Shown here piece after piece: positions 30,118 to 40,033 of a stretch of DNA of 47,987 nucleotides; the stretch's first letter is position 1; the number at the start of each line of letters is the position of its first letter. Source of the stretch: Telmatospirillum sp. (GTDB lineage: Bacteria; Pseudomonadota; Alphaproteobacteria; Rhodospirillales; Magnetospirillaceae); contig DATNIV010000500.1 in assembly GCA_035604255.1 (NCBI GenBank), positions 1 through 47,987 of the forward strand, read 5' to 3'. A program made the translations under genes and the position numbers. The notes beneath the pieces are model-generated. The model ran no database searches and was not told the origin of the DNA. It was given only the letters and a program-made list of their open reading frames with translations.

Positions 30118-30704
30118 GATGCCCGAAATTCCTCTTTCCCGATGGTCCCGATCGATCGTTCGATCCAGTCCGCTGCGGCGAGCAGATCGTCGACGATGAC
30201 TGCAGGGGCGCAGTTTCCCTCGCGTTCCGCCTTGGCACCCCAACCTGTGCGAACCAGAATCGGGGTGGCGCCCACCGCGTGGCCCAAGTCGACATCGACC
30301 GCCTTGTCGCCGATCAGGAAGGCCTGATGCGGGTCGAACCCATGCTCGGCCACCGCTTGATCGACCATGCCGGACCGTGGTTTGCGACAGGCGCAGTCGT
30401 CGTCCGGCCCATGCGGGCACAGATAAATACCGTCCAGGCTGACACCTTCGGCGCCCAGCATATCGCGCAAACGATCATGGATCCTTGAGACCATTGCCAA
30501 ATCGAAATAACCGCGGGCGACCCCCGATTGATTGGTCAGCACGACCAGGCCGAAGCCCCGATCGCGCAGATGCCGCAAGGCTTTGCCGACGCCGGGATAG
30601 AGCGCCAACTGGTCGGGATGGGAGAGATAGTCGCATTCGACGTTCAAAGTTCCGTCCCGATCGAGGAGGACGAAACGCCGGCTTGCTGTTATGGCGAAAC
30701 TCAT
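30114..30704 (-). CDS. gmhB: D-glycero-D-manno-heptose-1,7-bisphosphate phosphatase
   Basis: LDRDGTL, TNQSGVARG, CPH...CACRKP and IGDKAVD motifs. Confidence 0.92.
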   Translation of the reverse strand: MSFAITASRRFVLLDRDGTLNVECDYLSHPDQLALYPGVGKALRHLRDRGFGLVVLTNQSGVARGYFDLAMVSRIHDRLRDMLGAEGVSLDGIYLCPHGPDDDCACRKPRSGMVDQAVAEHGFDPHQAFLIGDKAVDVDLGHAVGATPILVRTGWGAKAEREGNCAPAVIVDDLLAAADWIERSIGTIGKEEFRAS

Positions 30705-31969
30705 ATTTTTTCCAGGCGTGTCGCGAAGAACCCGTCCATACCACCTTTTTCCGTCATATGGCAGGGAAGGCTGCGAAGATCTCCGCTTGGCGTGATCAAT
30801 TCGGCCATGCCGCCGACCTCGGCCGCGGCGATCGGCCGGCGCCGGAGAGGCGCGCCTTGGGACAGCAGGGTCTCGATTTGCGCGATCCCCTCTTCCGGCT
30901 GTAGCGAGCAGGTGCAATAGACGATCAGGCCGCCCGGCCGCACCATCTCGACCGTCGCCGCCAGCAATCGGGCCTGGGACAGGGTCAGTTTGGCGACATC
31001 CTCCGGCCGCTTCAGCCACGCGGCGTCGGGGTGCCGGCGCAAGGTGCCGGTTGCCGAGCAGGGGGCATCGAGCAACACGCCATCGAGCGGCGTTGCGGGG
31101 CGCCAGGAAACGGCATCGGCCACCACCACCTCGGCCGACAAATGGAGCCGTCCGAGATTATCCTGAAGACGTTCGAGTCTTTTTGCCGCGCGATCGATGG
31201 CGACCACATGGGCGCCAGCGGCGGCCAACTGCGCGGTTTTGCCGCCCGGCGCCGCGCAAAGATCGGCGATGCGCCGACCCGTGATGTCGCCCAAGAGGCG
31301 CGCCGGAAGGGCGGCGGCGGCGTCCTGGACCCACCAGGCGCCCTCCTCATAGCCCGGCAACTGGGAAATCGCGCCGCCGGCCGCGCGTCGTAAGCTGCCG
31401 GTGGAAAGGATCTCGGCCTCCAATCGGTCCGCCCAGACCGTCGCATCGTCCGTACAACTGATGTCGAGTGGCGCCTCGGTCAGATGGGCGTGCGCGATGG
31501 CCCGGCAAATGGGTTCGCCATAAGTGGCGTTCCAGGACTCCCACAGCCACGCCGGCGTGTTGAGTTTTGCCGCATCCTGCTCTTCGACCAAGGTCCGGCC
31601 GTCGCGGGACAGGCGGCGCAACAGCGCATTGACCAGTTTGACATGCGCCGACAGACCGGCCGTTCTGGCCATCTCGACGGCGGTGTCGACCGCCGCGTGA
31701 GCGGCGACATCGAGAAACAGCAACTGGGCGACGCCGATCCGCAGGATGTCCTGGGCGATCACCGCCTTGGCAGGCAACGGGTGGGCCAGGCAATGGGCGA
31801 TCAGGGCGTCGATCTGGCCCAGGCGCCGCAGCGTGGTGGCCAGCAGCAAACGGGCGAAGGCGCGGTCGCGCTCTTCCAACCCACTGACATCCAGGGCGTC
31901 GTCCAGGGAGAGGCGGCGGCGCAGAATTTTGGCAAGGGCTTCCAGCGCGGCATGGCGGGCGTCAATCAT
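30701..31969 (-). CDS. rsmB: RsmB/Fmu RNA m5C methyltransferase with NusB-like domain
   Basis: WWVQD, DLCAAPGGKT, DAPCSATGTLRRHPD, YCTCSL and DGFF motifs. Confidence 0.93.
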   Translation of the reverse strand: MIDARHAALEALAKILRRRLSLDDALDVSGLEERDRAFARLLLATTLRRLGQIDALIAHCLAHPLPAKAVIAQDILRIGVAQLLFLDVAAHAAVDTAVEMARTAGLSAHVKLVNALLRRLSRDGRTLVEEQDAAKLNTPAWLWESWNATYGEPICRAIAHAHLTEAPLDISCTDDATVWADRLEAEILSTGSLRRAAGGAISQLPGYEEGAWWVQDAAAALPARLLGDITGRRIADLCAAPGGKTAQLAAAGAHVVAIDRAAKRLERLQDNLGRLHLSAEVVVADAVSWRPATPLDGVLLDAPCSATGTLRRHPDAAWLKRPEDVAKLTLSQARLLAATVEMVRPGGLIVYCTCSLQPEEGIAQIETLLSQGAPLRRRPIAAAEVGGMAELITPSGDLRSLPCHMTEKGGMDGFFATRLEKI

Positions 31970-32075
31970 GGTGAATTCGAGCTTTCTTCTCCCTCGCCCG
32001 CGTCACGGCGGAGAGGGGGCCGGTTGGTGGACAGAGGCGTGAGCCGGCACCATATCCCACCTGAGAGGAGATGCC

Positions 32076-32228
32076 ATGTCTGAAGAATCGCTGCCATCGG
32101 CCGCCGAAAAACCGAAGTCCGAGACGGAGAGCTCCGTCCCGTCTCCAGTCGAACAGGACGGGCCCAAGCGGCTCGACCCAACTCGTTATCAAGATTGGGA
32201 AAAAGGGGGGCGTTGCATCGATTTTTGA
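32076..32228 (+). CDS. DUF1674 / SDHAF4-like small protein (50 aa)
   Basis: Not in the track. GAGGAG RBS; MSEESLPS...EQDGPKRLDPTRYQDWEKGGRCIDF carries the family's C-terminal signature. Divergent from rsmB. Confidence 0.9.
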   Translation: MSEESLPSAAEKPKSETESSVPSPVEQDGPKRLDPTRYQDWEKGGRCIDF

Positions 32229-32234
32229 CGCGCC

Positions 32235-33209
32235 TCACGCCTCGCCCTGCCGGTTGTCGGGCGCGTTATCGTCGTCGATGCCGATCCGGCTGCGGACGAT
32301 AAACAGGGGACGGCCTTTGACTTCGTTGAACACGCGGCCCAGGTAGTGGCCGATGATGCCGAGCGTGATCAACTGCACCCCGCCCAGGAACAGCATGATG
32401 ACGATGATCGATTCATAGCCGGGAACATCGATTCCATAGACCAAGGTTTTGATCAGGCGGACGACGATGTAGAAGAAGGCGAAGCCTGAGATCACCGAAC
32501 CGACCACGGCCCAGATTCGCAACGGATAATCCGAGAAGGCGATCAGACCGTCGAAGGCGAAGGACAGCAGTTTCATGCCGCCCCATTTGCTCGTGCCGTA
32601 GAGACGTTCTTCCTGCTCATAGGGAATGCCGATCTGGCGAAAGCCGACCCAGGCGAAGATTCCTTTCATGAAACGGGTCCGTTCCGGCATGGCGTTGATG
32701 ACATCGACTACCTTGCGGTCGAGCAGCCGAAAATCGCCGACCTCGCGCGGCAGAGGAACGTCGGAGAGCTTCTCGAACAGCCAATAGAAAGCCCGGGCTT
32801 GCAGCCGGCTGACGAGGCTCTGCCCGGTTCGCTGCCGGCGCACGGCGTAGACCACGTCATAGCCTTCCTGCCATTTCTGCAACAATTGGGGGATCAATTC
32901 GGGCGGATGCTGCAAGTCGGCGTCGATGGGAATGACCGCATCGCCCTTGGCGGCGGTCAAGCCCGCCGATAGGGCCGGTTCTTTCCCGAAGTTGCGCGAC
33001 AGATCGATCACCTTGATGCGGGGTTCGCCTTGATGCGCTTCGATCAAACGATCCAGGGTGTCATCCCGGCTTCCGTCGTTGACGCAAACGATCTCCCAAC
33101 TCATGGGCAGGCTGGACAGAACCGGCAGCAGACGGTCGAAAAAATGCCCGACATTGAGGGACTCGTTGTAGACGGGCACGACGATGGAAAGGCGGGGATG
33201 ACTGTGCAA
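32235..33209 (-). CDS. GT2 polyprenyl-phosphate glycosyltransferase (GtrB-like)
   Basis: VPVYNE, VNDGSRD, SRNFGKE, IDADLQHPPE, GDFRLLDR, two C-terminal TMs, EVKGRPLF. Confidence 0.92.
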   Translation of the reverse strand: MHSHPRLSIVVPVYNESLNVGHFFDRLLPVLSSLPMSWEIVCVNDGSRDDTLDRLIEAHQGEPRIKVIDLSRNFGKEPALSAGLTAAKGDAVIPIDADLQHPPELIPQLLQKWQEGYDVVYAVRRQRTGQSLVSRLQARAFYWLFEKLSDVPLPREVGDFRLLDRKVVDVINAMPERTRFMKGIFAWVGFRQIGIPYEQEERLYGTSKWGGMKLLSFAFDGLIAFSDYPLRIWAVVGSVISGFAFFYIVVRLIKTLVYGIDVPGYESIIVIMLFLGGVQLITLGIIGHYLGRVFNEVKGRPLFIVRSRIGIDDDNAPDNRQGEA

Positions 33210-33324
33210 GGGGGCATCCGTTCGGGTTGCTGTAAGACAGCGAGAGTTTAGTGAAGCGCCCTGTGCGTGGGAAGGGTTAACCGGTCGCCGGAGGAATCGG
33301 CGGAACGGAAGGGCGTGCGAATGG

Positions 33325-33403
33325 TCACCACGAAGGCGCGAAGATCAGGAAGAAAAACGAAGGAAATTTCCTTTTCTTCGTGCCCTTCGCGCCTGCGTGG
33401 TGA
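33325..33403. repeat. Periodic inverted-repeat element (accacgaag type)
   Basis: 33325-33356 tcaccacgaaggcgcgaagatcaggaagaaaa matches the reverse complement of 33372-33403 at 28/32. Confidence 0.88.
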
Positions 33404-33404
33404 T

Positions 33405-34301
33405 TCAGTCTGCCGTCGAGGAAATCAGAAATTCGCCATTCGGATCATGCTGTCGCAGACGGTCCTTGGCGCTCTCTCTCGAACCGACCGCGTAGCAATA
33501 GGCGCAGCCTTGCGGGCAGCTGTCATAGGCGCCGATGTCGCGGCTTTCCGCGCAGAGGCAGCCGGGACGGTTGCCTTTTATCTTGGCATGGATCGGCCGG
33601 CCGGCCACGTCGGCGAGCCGCCGGCTATCGATGCAGCGCGCCCCGGCGGCTGTTTCGCTTTCCAGTTCCGGTTGCGTGCAAAGGCTGAGCGTCATTCCGT
33701 GCGTCCGGGCGATGGCGGAAAGCTGAGCGATGGCGTGGCGTTTTTCCTGGGCAGGCGGATCCCACCAGGAGAATCCGCCTGTTCGCGCGGCGCTGGCGAG
33801 ATTGCGCGCGGTCTTGCGATAGGGCTGAACGAAGCTGATCACCACTTCGTCGACCCATCCCGTCAACAGACCGGCCAGGGTGGAAAAATTGCGCACATGC
33901 CATTCGGCCGGAGTCGGGTCGGACAGCACAATCGGATCATAGCGCCAGACCACGGCGCGGCGTCCAAAGTCCTCGGAGAGGCGGCGGATCAAGGCCACCG
34001 AGCGGCTCACCTCGATGACGCCGCTTTCCAGCACCCGCGGATAGCCGGTCACCGTATAGTGAATGACGAAGGGAAGCCCGGCCCGGCGAACCTCGGCCAA
34101 GGCCGGCAGGAAGGGGCCGGCATTGCGCGTCCAGAAAACATAGCCATCGACACCGTCTCTGAGATCGATGCGGGTCGGTGGACCGCCATAGGGGTTGGCC
34201 ACCCGGCAAAAGCCGGCATGGAAGCGCTTTTCGAACCAGGCGCCGTAGAATGCCGGGATGTCGGTGCGGTAACTGGCGGAAATGATCATCTTTTGAGCCA
34301 T
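33405..34301 (-). CDS. DUF1848 domain protein
   Basis: IISASYRTDIPAFY, FWTRN, WRYDPI and CLCAESRDIGAYDSCPQGCAYCYA motifs. Confidence 0.9.
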   Translation of the reverse strand: MAQKMIISASYRTDIPAFYGAWFEKRFHAGFCRVANPYGGPPTRIDLRDGVDGYVFWTRNAGPFLPALAEVRRAGLPFVIHYTVTGYPRVLESGVIEVSRSVALIRRLSEDFGRRAVVWRYDPIVLSDPTPAEWHVRNFSTLAGLLTGWVDEVVISFVQPYRKTARNLASAARTGGFSWWDPPAQEKRHAIAQLSAIARTHGMTLSLCTQPELESETAAGARCIDSRRLADVAGRPIHAKIKGNRPGCLCAESRDIGAYDSCPQGCAYCYAVGSRESAKDRLRQHDPNGEFLISSTAD

Positions 34302-34393
34302 TTACGGGGACGAGCAAGACGGAGCATATCACCTCTTGGCACTCTTCATTCATGAGTGCTAGCATCCGGCCGCCGTGGTTTGCCGGACTCGCG

Positions 34394-34423
34394 GTTGCGT
34401 CCGTTTCAGGTGCGCCTTATATA
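34394..34423 (+). promoter_or_regulatory. RpoH-type promoter of dnaK
   Basis: GTTG-N18-CTTATAT, close to the alphaproteobacterial CTTG-N17/18-CYTATNT consensus. Confidence 0.6.
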
Positions 34424-34541
34424 ACCGCAATGTGACGAGACCTGTTGATCCGAAGTGGGTCTCCTTGGTGACAACCGAAGGGGGTCCCCGCGGTTGCTGT
34501 GAGCAGGACTGTGGGCACCGGCCGCTAGAGAAGAGGAAGCA

Positions 34542-36476
34542 ATGAGCAAAGTTATTGGTATCGATCTGGGCACGACCAACTCCTGCGTGGCCATCATGGA
34601 AGGCAAGACCACGAAGGTCATCGAGAACGCCGAGGGAACACGCACGACGCCATCGATGGTGGCCTTCACCGATTCCGGTGAGAGGTTGGTCGGACAGGCA
34701 GCGAAGCGCCAGGCGGTGACCAATCCGTCCGACACTTTGTTCGCCATCAAACGTCTGATCGGACGTCGCTTCGAAGATCCATTGACGAAAAAAGACATGA
34801 GCCTGGTCCCCTATCACATCATTGAGGGCGACAACGGCGACGCTTGGGTCGAATGCGAGGGCAAGAAGCACAGCCCCAGTCAGATTTCCGCCTTCATTCT
34901 GCAAAAGATGAAGGAAACCGCCGAGAGCTATCTGGGCGAAAAGGTCACGCAGGCGGTCATCACCGTCCCGGCCTATTTCAACGACTCCCAGCGCCAGGCG
35001 ACCAAAGACGCCGGTAAGATCGCCGGGCTTGAAGTGCTGCGCATCATCAATGAGCCGACGGCTGCAGCGCTCGCCTATGGCATGGAGAAGAAAGGCGCCG
35101 GCGTCATCGCCGTTTACGACTTGGGCGGCGGCACCTTCGACGTGTCGATCCTGGAGATCGGCGACGGCGTTTTCGAAGTGAAGTCGACCAACGGCGATAC
35201 CTTCCTGGGCGGCGAAGATTTCGACGCGCGGATCATCGACTATCTGGCCGATGAATTCAAACGCGAACAGGGGATCGATCTCCGCAAGGATCGTCTGGCA
35301 TTGCAGCGGTTGAAGGAAGCCTCGGAAAAAGCCAAGATCGAACTGTCGTCGGCCATGCAGACGGAAGTCAATCTGCCCTTCATCACCGCCGACGCGGCCG
35401 GGCCGAAGCATCTCAACATCAAGCTGACCCGCGCCAAGCTGGAAGCCTTGATCGAAGATTTGCTGCAGCGGACCATGGACCCCTGCCGCGCGGCGCTGAA
35501 GGATGCCGGGCTCAAGGCCAGCGAAATCGACGAAGTGATCCTGGTCGGCGGTATGACCCGCATGCCCAAGGTCGTCGAGAAGGTGAAGGAGTTCTTCGGC
35601 CGCCAGCCCCATCAGGGCGTCAATCCGGACGAGGTCGTCGCCATCGGCGCGGCCATTCAGGCCGGCGTGCTGAAAGGCGAGGTCAAGGACGTCCTCTTGC
35701 TCGACGTCACGCCGCTGTCGCTCGGCATTGAAACGCTGGGCGGTGTGTTCACCCGTCTGATCGACCGCAACACCACCATCCCGACCCGTAAGAGCCAGGT
35801 GTTCTCGACGGCGGAGGACAATCAGACGGCGGTGACCATCCGGGTGTTCCAAGGCGAACGCGAGATGGCGTCCGACAATAAGATGTTGGGCCAGTTCGAT
35901 CTGGTCGGATTGCCGCCGGCGCCGCGTGGCATGCCGCAGATCGAGGTGACCTTCGACATCGACGCCAACGGCATTGTGTCCGTTTCGGCCAAGGACAAGG
36001 CCACCGGCAAGGAGCAGCAGATCCGCATCCAGGCTTCGGGCGGTCTGTCGGATGCCGATATTCAGCGGATGGTCAAGGACGCCGAGGCGCACGCCGCCGA
36101 CGACAAGAAGCGCAAGGAAGCGGTGGAAGCCCGCAACCACGCCGACAGCTTGGTGCATAGTACCGAAAAGAACTTGGCCGAGTTCGGCGACAAGGTGCCG
36201 GCCGACCAGAAGGCCAAGATCGAAGCGGACGTCAAGGCGCTGAAGGATGTTCTCGATTCCGAGGACGCCGAGACGATCAAGAGCAAGACCGAAGCGCTCA
36301 CGCAGTCCGCGATGAAGCTGGGCGAAGCCATGTACAAGGCCCAGCAGGAAGGCGCGCAGCCAGGCGCCGCCGATCCGACGGCCGCGGGTCCGGGCGCGGC
36401 TGGACATGCGCATGGTGGTGACGGGGTGGTCGACGCCGATTTCGAGGAAGTGGACGGCGACAAGAAGGACAAGTAA
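34542..36476 (+). CDS. dnaK: Chaperone DnaK
   Basis: [25 protein letters not shown] motifs and a VVDADFEEV tail. Confidence 0.99.
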   Translation: MSKVIGIDLGTTNSCVAIMEGKTTKVIENAEGTRTTPSMVAFTDSGERLVGQAAKRQAVTNPSDTLFAIKRLIGRRFEDPLTKKDMSLVPYHIIEGDNGDAWVECEGKKHSPSQISAFILQKMKETAESYLGEKVTQAVITVPAYFNDSQRQATKDAGKIAGLEVLRIINEPTAAALAYGMEKKGAGVIAVYDLGGGTFDVSILEIGDGVFEVKSTNGDTFLGGEDFDARIIDYLADEFKREQGIDLRKDRLALQRLKEASEKAKIELSSAMQTEVNLPFITADAAGPKHLNIKLTRAKLEALIEDLLQRTMDPCRAALKDAGLKASEIDEVILVGGMTRMPKVVEKVKEFFGRQPHQGVNPDEVVAIGAAIQAGVLKGEVKDVLLLDVTPLSLGIETLGGVFTRLIDRNTTIPTRKSQVFSTAEDNQTAVTIRVFQGEREMASDNKMLGQFDLVGLPPAPRGMPQIEVTFDIDANGIVSVSAKDKATGKEQQIRIQASGGLSDADIQRMVKDAEAHAADDKKRKEAVEARNHADSLVHSTEKNLAEFGDKVPADQKAKIEADVKALKDVLDSEDAETIKSKTEALTQSAMKLGEAMYKAQQEGAQPGAADPTAAGPGAAGHAHGGDGVVDADFEEVDGDKKDK

Positions 36477-36504
36477 ACCCTTCTGACAACTTTGTGCTTT
36501 CGCT

Positions 36505-36540
36505 CCGCCCCAAGGATGTTCGATGACATCCTTGGGGCGG
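36505..36540. terminator. Perfect 15-bp stem between dnaK and dnaJ (mRNA stabiliser or partial terminator)
   Basis: ccgccccaaggatgt-tcgatg-acatccttggggcgg, with no U-tract on the + strand. Confidence 0.6.
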
Positions 36541-36567
36541 CGGCCCCTCGGGATCGATCGACGACCG

Positions 36568-37707
36568 ATGAGTAAACGGGATTTTTACGAAATATTAGGG
36601 GTGGCGAAGGACGCCGGTGCGGATGAGGTCAAGAAGGCCTACCGCAAGCTGGCCATGCAATCTCATCCCGACCGCAATCCAGATGATCCGACCGCCGACC
36701 AGAAATTTCGTGAGGTCAACGAAGCCTACGACGTCCTCAAGGACGATCAGAAGCGTGCCGCCTATGACCGTTACGGTCATGCCGCTTTTGAACAGGGCCG
36801 TGGCTTCGGTGGCGGTGGGCCGGGTGGGGATTTCCATTTCGCCTCGGGTTTCGCCGATATCTTCGACGAGATGTTCGGCGAATTCATGGGCGGCCGCCGT
36901 GGTGGCGGCGGCGCCGCGCGCGGCGCCGATCTTCGCTACAATATGGACATTACCCTCGAAGAGGCCTTCTCCGGCAAATCGACGCAGATCAAGGTGCCGA
37001 GTTCGGTTCCTTGCGAGGATTGCAAGGGAACCGGCGGCGCCGGCGGCGCCGCGCCGGTTGACTGCGCGACCTGCCGCGGTGCCGGCAAGGTCCGGGCGAC
37101 CCAAGGGTTCTTCACCATCGAACGAACCTGTCCGACCTGTCATGGTCATGGCAAGGTGATCAAGGACCCCTGCCGCCATTGCGGCGGCGCGGGCCGGGTG
37201 CGCAAGGAAAAGACTCTGGCGGTTACCGTGCCGCCGGGTGTCGAGGACGGCACGCGCATTCGTCTGGCTGGCGAAGGCGAACCGGGTGTGCGCGGCGCGC
37301 CAGCCGGCGATCTTTATATTTTCCTCACCGTGCAGGGGCATCGCCTGTTCCAGCGGGAAGCCGCCAACATTCATTGTCGCGTGCCGATTCCCATGGTGAC
37401 GGCGGCTTTGGGAGGGGCCATCGAAGTTCCCTCGATCGATGGAAGCCGGGTTAAGATCGTCATCCCCACCGGGACGCAGTCCGGTCATCAGTTCCGTCTG
37501 CGGGGCAAGGGCATGAGCGTGCTCAGAAGTCCGGCGCGTGGCGACATGTTCGTCGAAGCGGTGGTGGAAACGCCGGTCAATCTCAGCAAGAAGCAGGAAG
37601 AGTTGCTGCGCGAGTTCGAGAAGGAAGACGGCGGCAAGGAAACAAGCCCCGAGTCGGCGGGTTTCTTCGCCAAGGTGAAGGAACTTTGGGAAGACCTGAA
37701 GGACTGA
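36568..37707 (+). CDS. dnaJ: Chaperone DnaJ
   Basis: HPD motif, G/F-rich region and four CxxCxGxG repeats. Confidence 0.98.
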   Translation: MSKRDFYEILGVAKDAGADEVKKAYRKLAMQSHPDRNPDDPTADQKFREVNEAYDVLKDDQKRAAYDRYGHAAFEQGRGFGGGGPGGDFHFASGFADIFDEMFGEFMGGRRGGGGAARGADLRYNMDITLEEAFSGKSTQIKVPSSVPCEDCKGTGGAGGAAPVDCATCRGAGKVRATQGFFTIERTCPTCHGHGKVIKDPCRHCGGAGRVRKEKTLAVTVPPGVEDGTRIRLAGEGEPGVRGAPAGDLYIFLTVQGHRLFQREAANIHCRVPIPMVTAALGGAIEVPSIDGSRVKIVIPTGTQSGHQFRLRGKGMSVLRSPARGDMFVEAVVETPVNLSKKQEELLREFEKEDGGKETSPESAGFFAKVKELWEDLKD

Positions 37708-37711
37708 TGCT

Positions 37712-38518
37712 ATGACCAAAATCGGAATCGTCGGCTGTGCCGGACGCATGGGACAAATGCTGGTGTCCGAAGTGCTGGCTGGCGACGGATTGATCTTGTC
37801 GGGCGGCACCGAACGGCCGGGCAGCGACGCCGTTGGGCGGGATTTGGGTGAACTGATGGGCCGCGGAAACCTTGGCGTCACGGTCGGCAGTGATGCCAAG
37901 GCGCTGTTCGCCCTCTCCGACGTGGTGATCGATTTCACGTCGCCGGCAGCCGCGGCGGTTCATGCGCATTTGGCTGCCGAGACGCGGACGGCCTATGTGG
38001 TGGGAACCACGGGCTTGGCGGCGGATCAGGAAGCGGCGTTGCGCCAGGCGGCGACGCGGACAGCGGTGGTTTGGGCGCCGAACATGAGCGTCGGGGTCAA
38101 TCTGCTGTTTTCTCTGGTCGAGCAGATGGCCGGATTGCTTGATCCCGCGACCTATGACATCGAAGTTCTTGAGATGCACCATCGCCACAAGGTCGATGCC
38201 CCGTCGGGGACGGCGCTCGGTTTGGGACAGGCGGCGGCGCGCGGGCGCGGCGTCGAACTCGACGCGGTCTGGCAGAAGACCCGCGACGGCTTTACCGGTC
38301 CCCGCAAGGCCGGCGATATCGGATTCGCCACATTGCGCGGCGGCGATGTGGTGGGGGATCATACGGTGGTATTTGCCGCCGATGGCGAACGCATCGAGAT
38401 CAGCCACAAGGCGTCGTCGCGCGGGATCTTCGCGAAAGGGGCGGTTCGCGCGGCCTGCTGGGTCTGCGGGCGTCCGCCGGGCCTTTATTCGATGAAAGAC
38501 GTTTTAGGGCTGGGGTGA
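37712..38518 (+). CDS. dapB: 4-hydroxy-tetrahydrodipicolinate reductase
   Basis: GCAGRMG, IDFT, VGTTG, EMHHRHKVDAPSGTA and RGGDVVGDH motifs. Confidence 0.97.
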   Translation: MTKIGIVGCAGRMGQMLVSEVLAGDGLILSGGTERPGSDAVGRDLGELMGRGNLGVTVGSDAKALFALSDVVIDFTSPAAAAVHAHLAAETRTAYVVGTTGLAADQEAALRQAATRTAVVWAPNMSVGVNLLFSLVEQMAGLLDPATYDIEVLEMHHRHKVDAPSGTALGLGQAAARGRGVELDAVWQKTRDGFTGPRKAGDIGFATLRGGDVVGDHTVVFAADGERIEISHKASSRGIFAKGAVRAACWVCGRPPGLYSMKDVLGLG

Positions 38519-38559
38519 TCCGGAGAGGTTGCTCAGCGCCGGGTGCGAGGGGCGCCGCG

Positions 38560-39213
38560 CTATTTGCCGGTCAGGCTCTTGACGGCGGTCAGAAGTCCGG
38601 CGACGGTGCCGCCGAACAAGACGGCCGGGCCATAAGGGTATTCTTCCATGAAGGTCGGTTCGGTCGGCGCTTCGCGGTTTCCTTTTCCCGTGTCTTGTGT
38701 GTTGTAGAAGGCCCAAAGACGCTTTGCCGTGTCGAGGCTCTTGCGATCATAGGTGATGCCGGTTCCGGTGGACCCGACCGGTTGCTCGGCGATGGTTTGG
38801 AACCCCAGGACGGCGGCGCGCGGCGGCAGCGTGTTGGCATAGTCCACCTTGGCCTGGAAGAAATCGGCCTGATGTTGGCACGTCTGGTCTCCGGCGGTTT
38901 GGCAAATTTCGGCCAACGTCTTCCATGCGGCGGGATCGGCCGGCCAGGACTCGATCGCGGCTTCCGCCTGCTGACGGGCTTCCGGCATTTGATTGGCTTG
39001 GCGCGCCGCGACGGCGGCGCTTAAACCCGTCTTGGCGCGGTCGCGGTCGAAGCTCCCCGCCGGCAGTTCCGGCGCAGGCACACTGGGGGGCGAGGCATGA
39101 CGGCGCGGGCTGGCGTCGGCAACCTTTTCGGGGGGCGCTTCGGCGCAGGCGGAAAGCATCGCCACGGCGCTGAACCCGATCACCCATCGTCTTCCCCAAC
39201 CTGTCAACACCAC
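38560..39213 (-). CDS. Hypothetical lipoprotein
   Basis: Lipobox LSAC, helical TPR-like middle, hydrophobic C-terminus. Confidence 0.7.
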   Translation of the reverse strand: MVLTGWGRRWVIGFSAVAMLSACAEAPPEKVADASPRRHASPPSVPAPELPAGSFDRDRAKTGLSAAVAARQANQMPEARQQAEAAIESWPADPAAWKTLAEICQTAGDQTCQHQADFFQAKVDYANTLPPRAAVLGFQTIAEQPVGSTGTGITYDRKSLDTAKRLWAFYNTQDTGKGNREAPTEPTFMEEYPYGPAVLFGGTVAGLLTAVKSLTGK

Positions 39214-39284
39214 GGTCCTCTTCCCACCTGCGTCCTTGTGGAAGCGATGCTACCATGACCTGTCCGCCTGGAGGTAGCCGTCGA

Positions 39285-39920
39285 ATGACACCTGAGCATA
39301 TTGACCAATTTTTCGCGCGTCTCGCCGAACGCAATCCCGAACCGAAAAGCGAGCTCAGCTATCGCAATCCCTTCACCCTTTTGGTTGCCGTCGTGCTGTC
39401 GGCGCAGGCGACCGATGTCGGCGTGAACAAGGCGACGGCTGATTTGTTTCCCCTGGCCGATACGCCGGAGCGGATGCTGGCGTTGGGCGAAGAGGGGCTC
39501 AAGGGCTATATCAAGACCATCGGTTTGTTCAACACCAAGGCGAAAAACGTCATCGCCCTGTCGCGCCTGCTGATCGAACGCCATGGCGCGCAGGTGCCGG
39601 TCGACCGCGCCGCGCTGGAAGCCCTGCCCGGCGTCGGTCGCAAGACGGCCAATGTGGTGTTGAACGTCGCTTTTGGCCTGCCGACCATCGCGGTCGATAC
39701 GCATATCTTCCGGGTCGCCAACCGGACCGGCCTGGCGACGGGAGCGACGCCGGAAGCGGTCGAACAAGGCCTGGAACGCGTGGTTCCGGATCGCTGGAAG
39801 CTGCATGCCCATCACTGGCTGATCTTGCAGGGCCGTTATATCTGCAAGGCGAGAAAACCCGATTGTCCGGGGTGTCCGGTTGGAGATCTGTGCGCATTTC
39901 CGGAAAAGACAGGCGGTTAA
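39285..39920 (+). CDS. nth: Endonuclease III
   Basis: LSAQATD, LPGVGRKTANVV, VDTH and CKARKPDCPGCPVGDLC motifs. Confidence 0.97.
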   Translation: MTPEHIDQFFARLAERNPEPKSELSYRNPFTLLVAVVLSAQATDVGVNKATADLFPLADTPERMLALGEEGLKGYIKTIGLFNTKAKNVIALSRLLIERHGAQVPVDRAALEALPGVGRKTANVVLNVAFGLPTIAVDTHIFRVANRTGLATGATPEAVEQGLERVVPDRWKLHAHHWLILQGRYICKARKPDCPGCPVGDLCAFPEKTGG

Positions 39921-39932
39921 AAACCGCCTTTC
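39911..39932 (+). terminator. Short hairpin overlapping the nth stop codon
   Basis: aggcggtt-aaa-aaccgcct followed by ttc. Confidence 0.4.
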
Positions 39933-40033
39933 GATCGGTTTGCCGCAGTTGGATGGTAGCAAACCTCATGCTAGGCTGTTCATCACATTGAACAGCAAGT
40001 TCTTCATAGAGAACATAAGCGGCGGAACGAGGT

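Noticed and set aside
32071..32346. Track ORF of 91 aa
   Set aside because: Wrong frame; the motif-bearing ORF is 32076-32228.
33267..34355. 362-aa + strand ORF
   Set aside because: Begins in a repeat element and is antisense to the motif-supported DUF1848 gene.
34302..34541. CIRCE element upstream of dnaK
   Set aside because: No TTAGCACTC-N9-GAGTGCTAA with correct spacing. The similar ttggcactc-ttcattcat-gagtgctag at about 34336-34362 has N9 spacing but mismatched ends and lies well upstream of the promoter, nearer the DUF1848 start. It is left uncalled but merits an HrcA motif scan.
34359..36413. 684-aa ORF antisense to dnaK
   Set aside because: Codon-aligned shadow ORF typical of GC-rich dnaK genes; no independent motif support.
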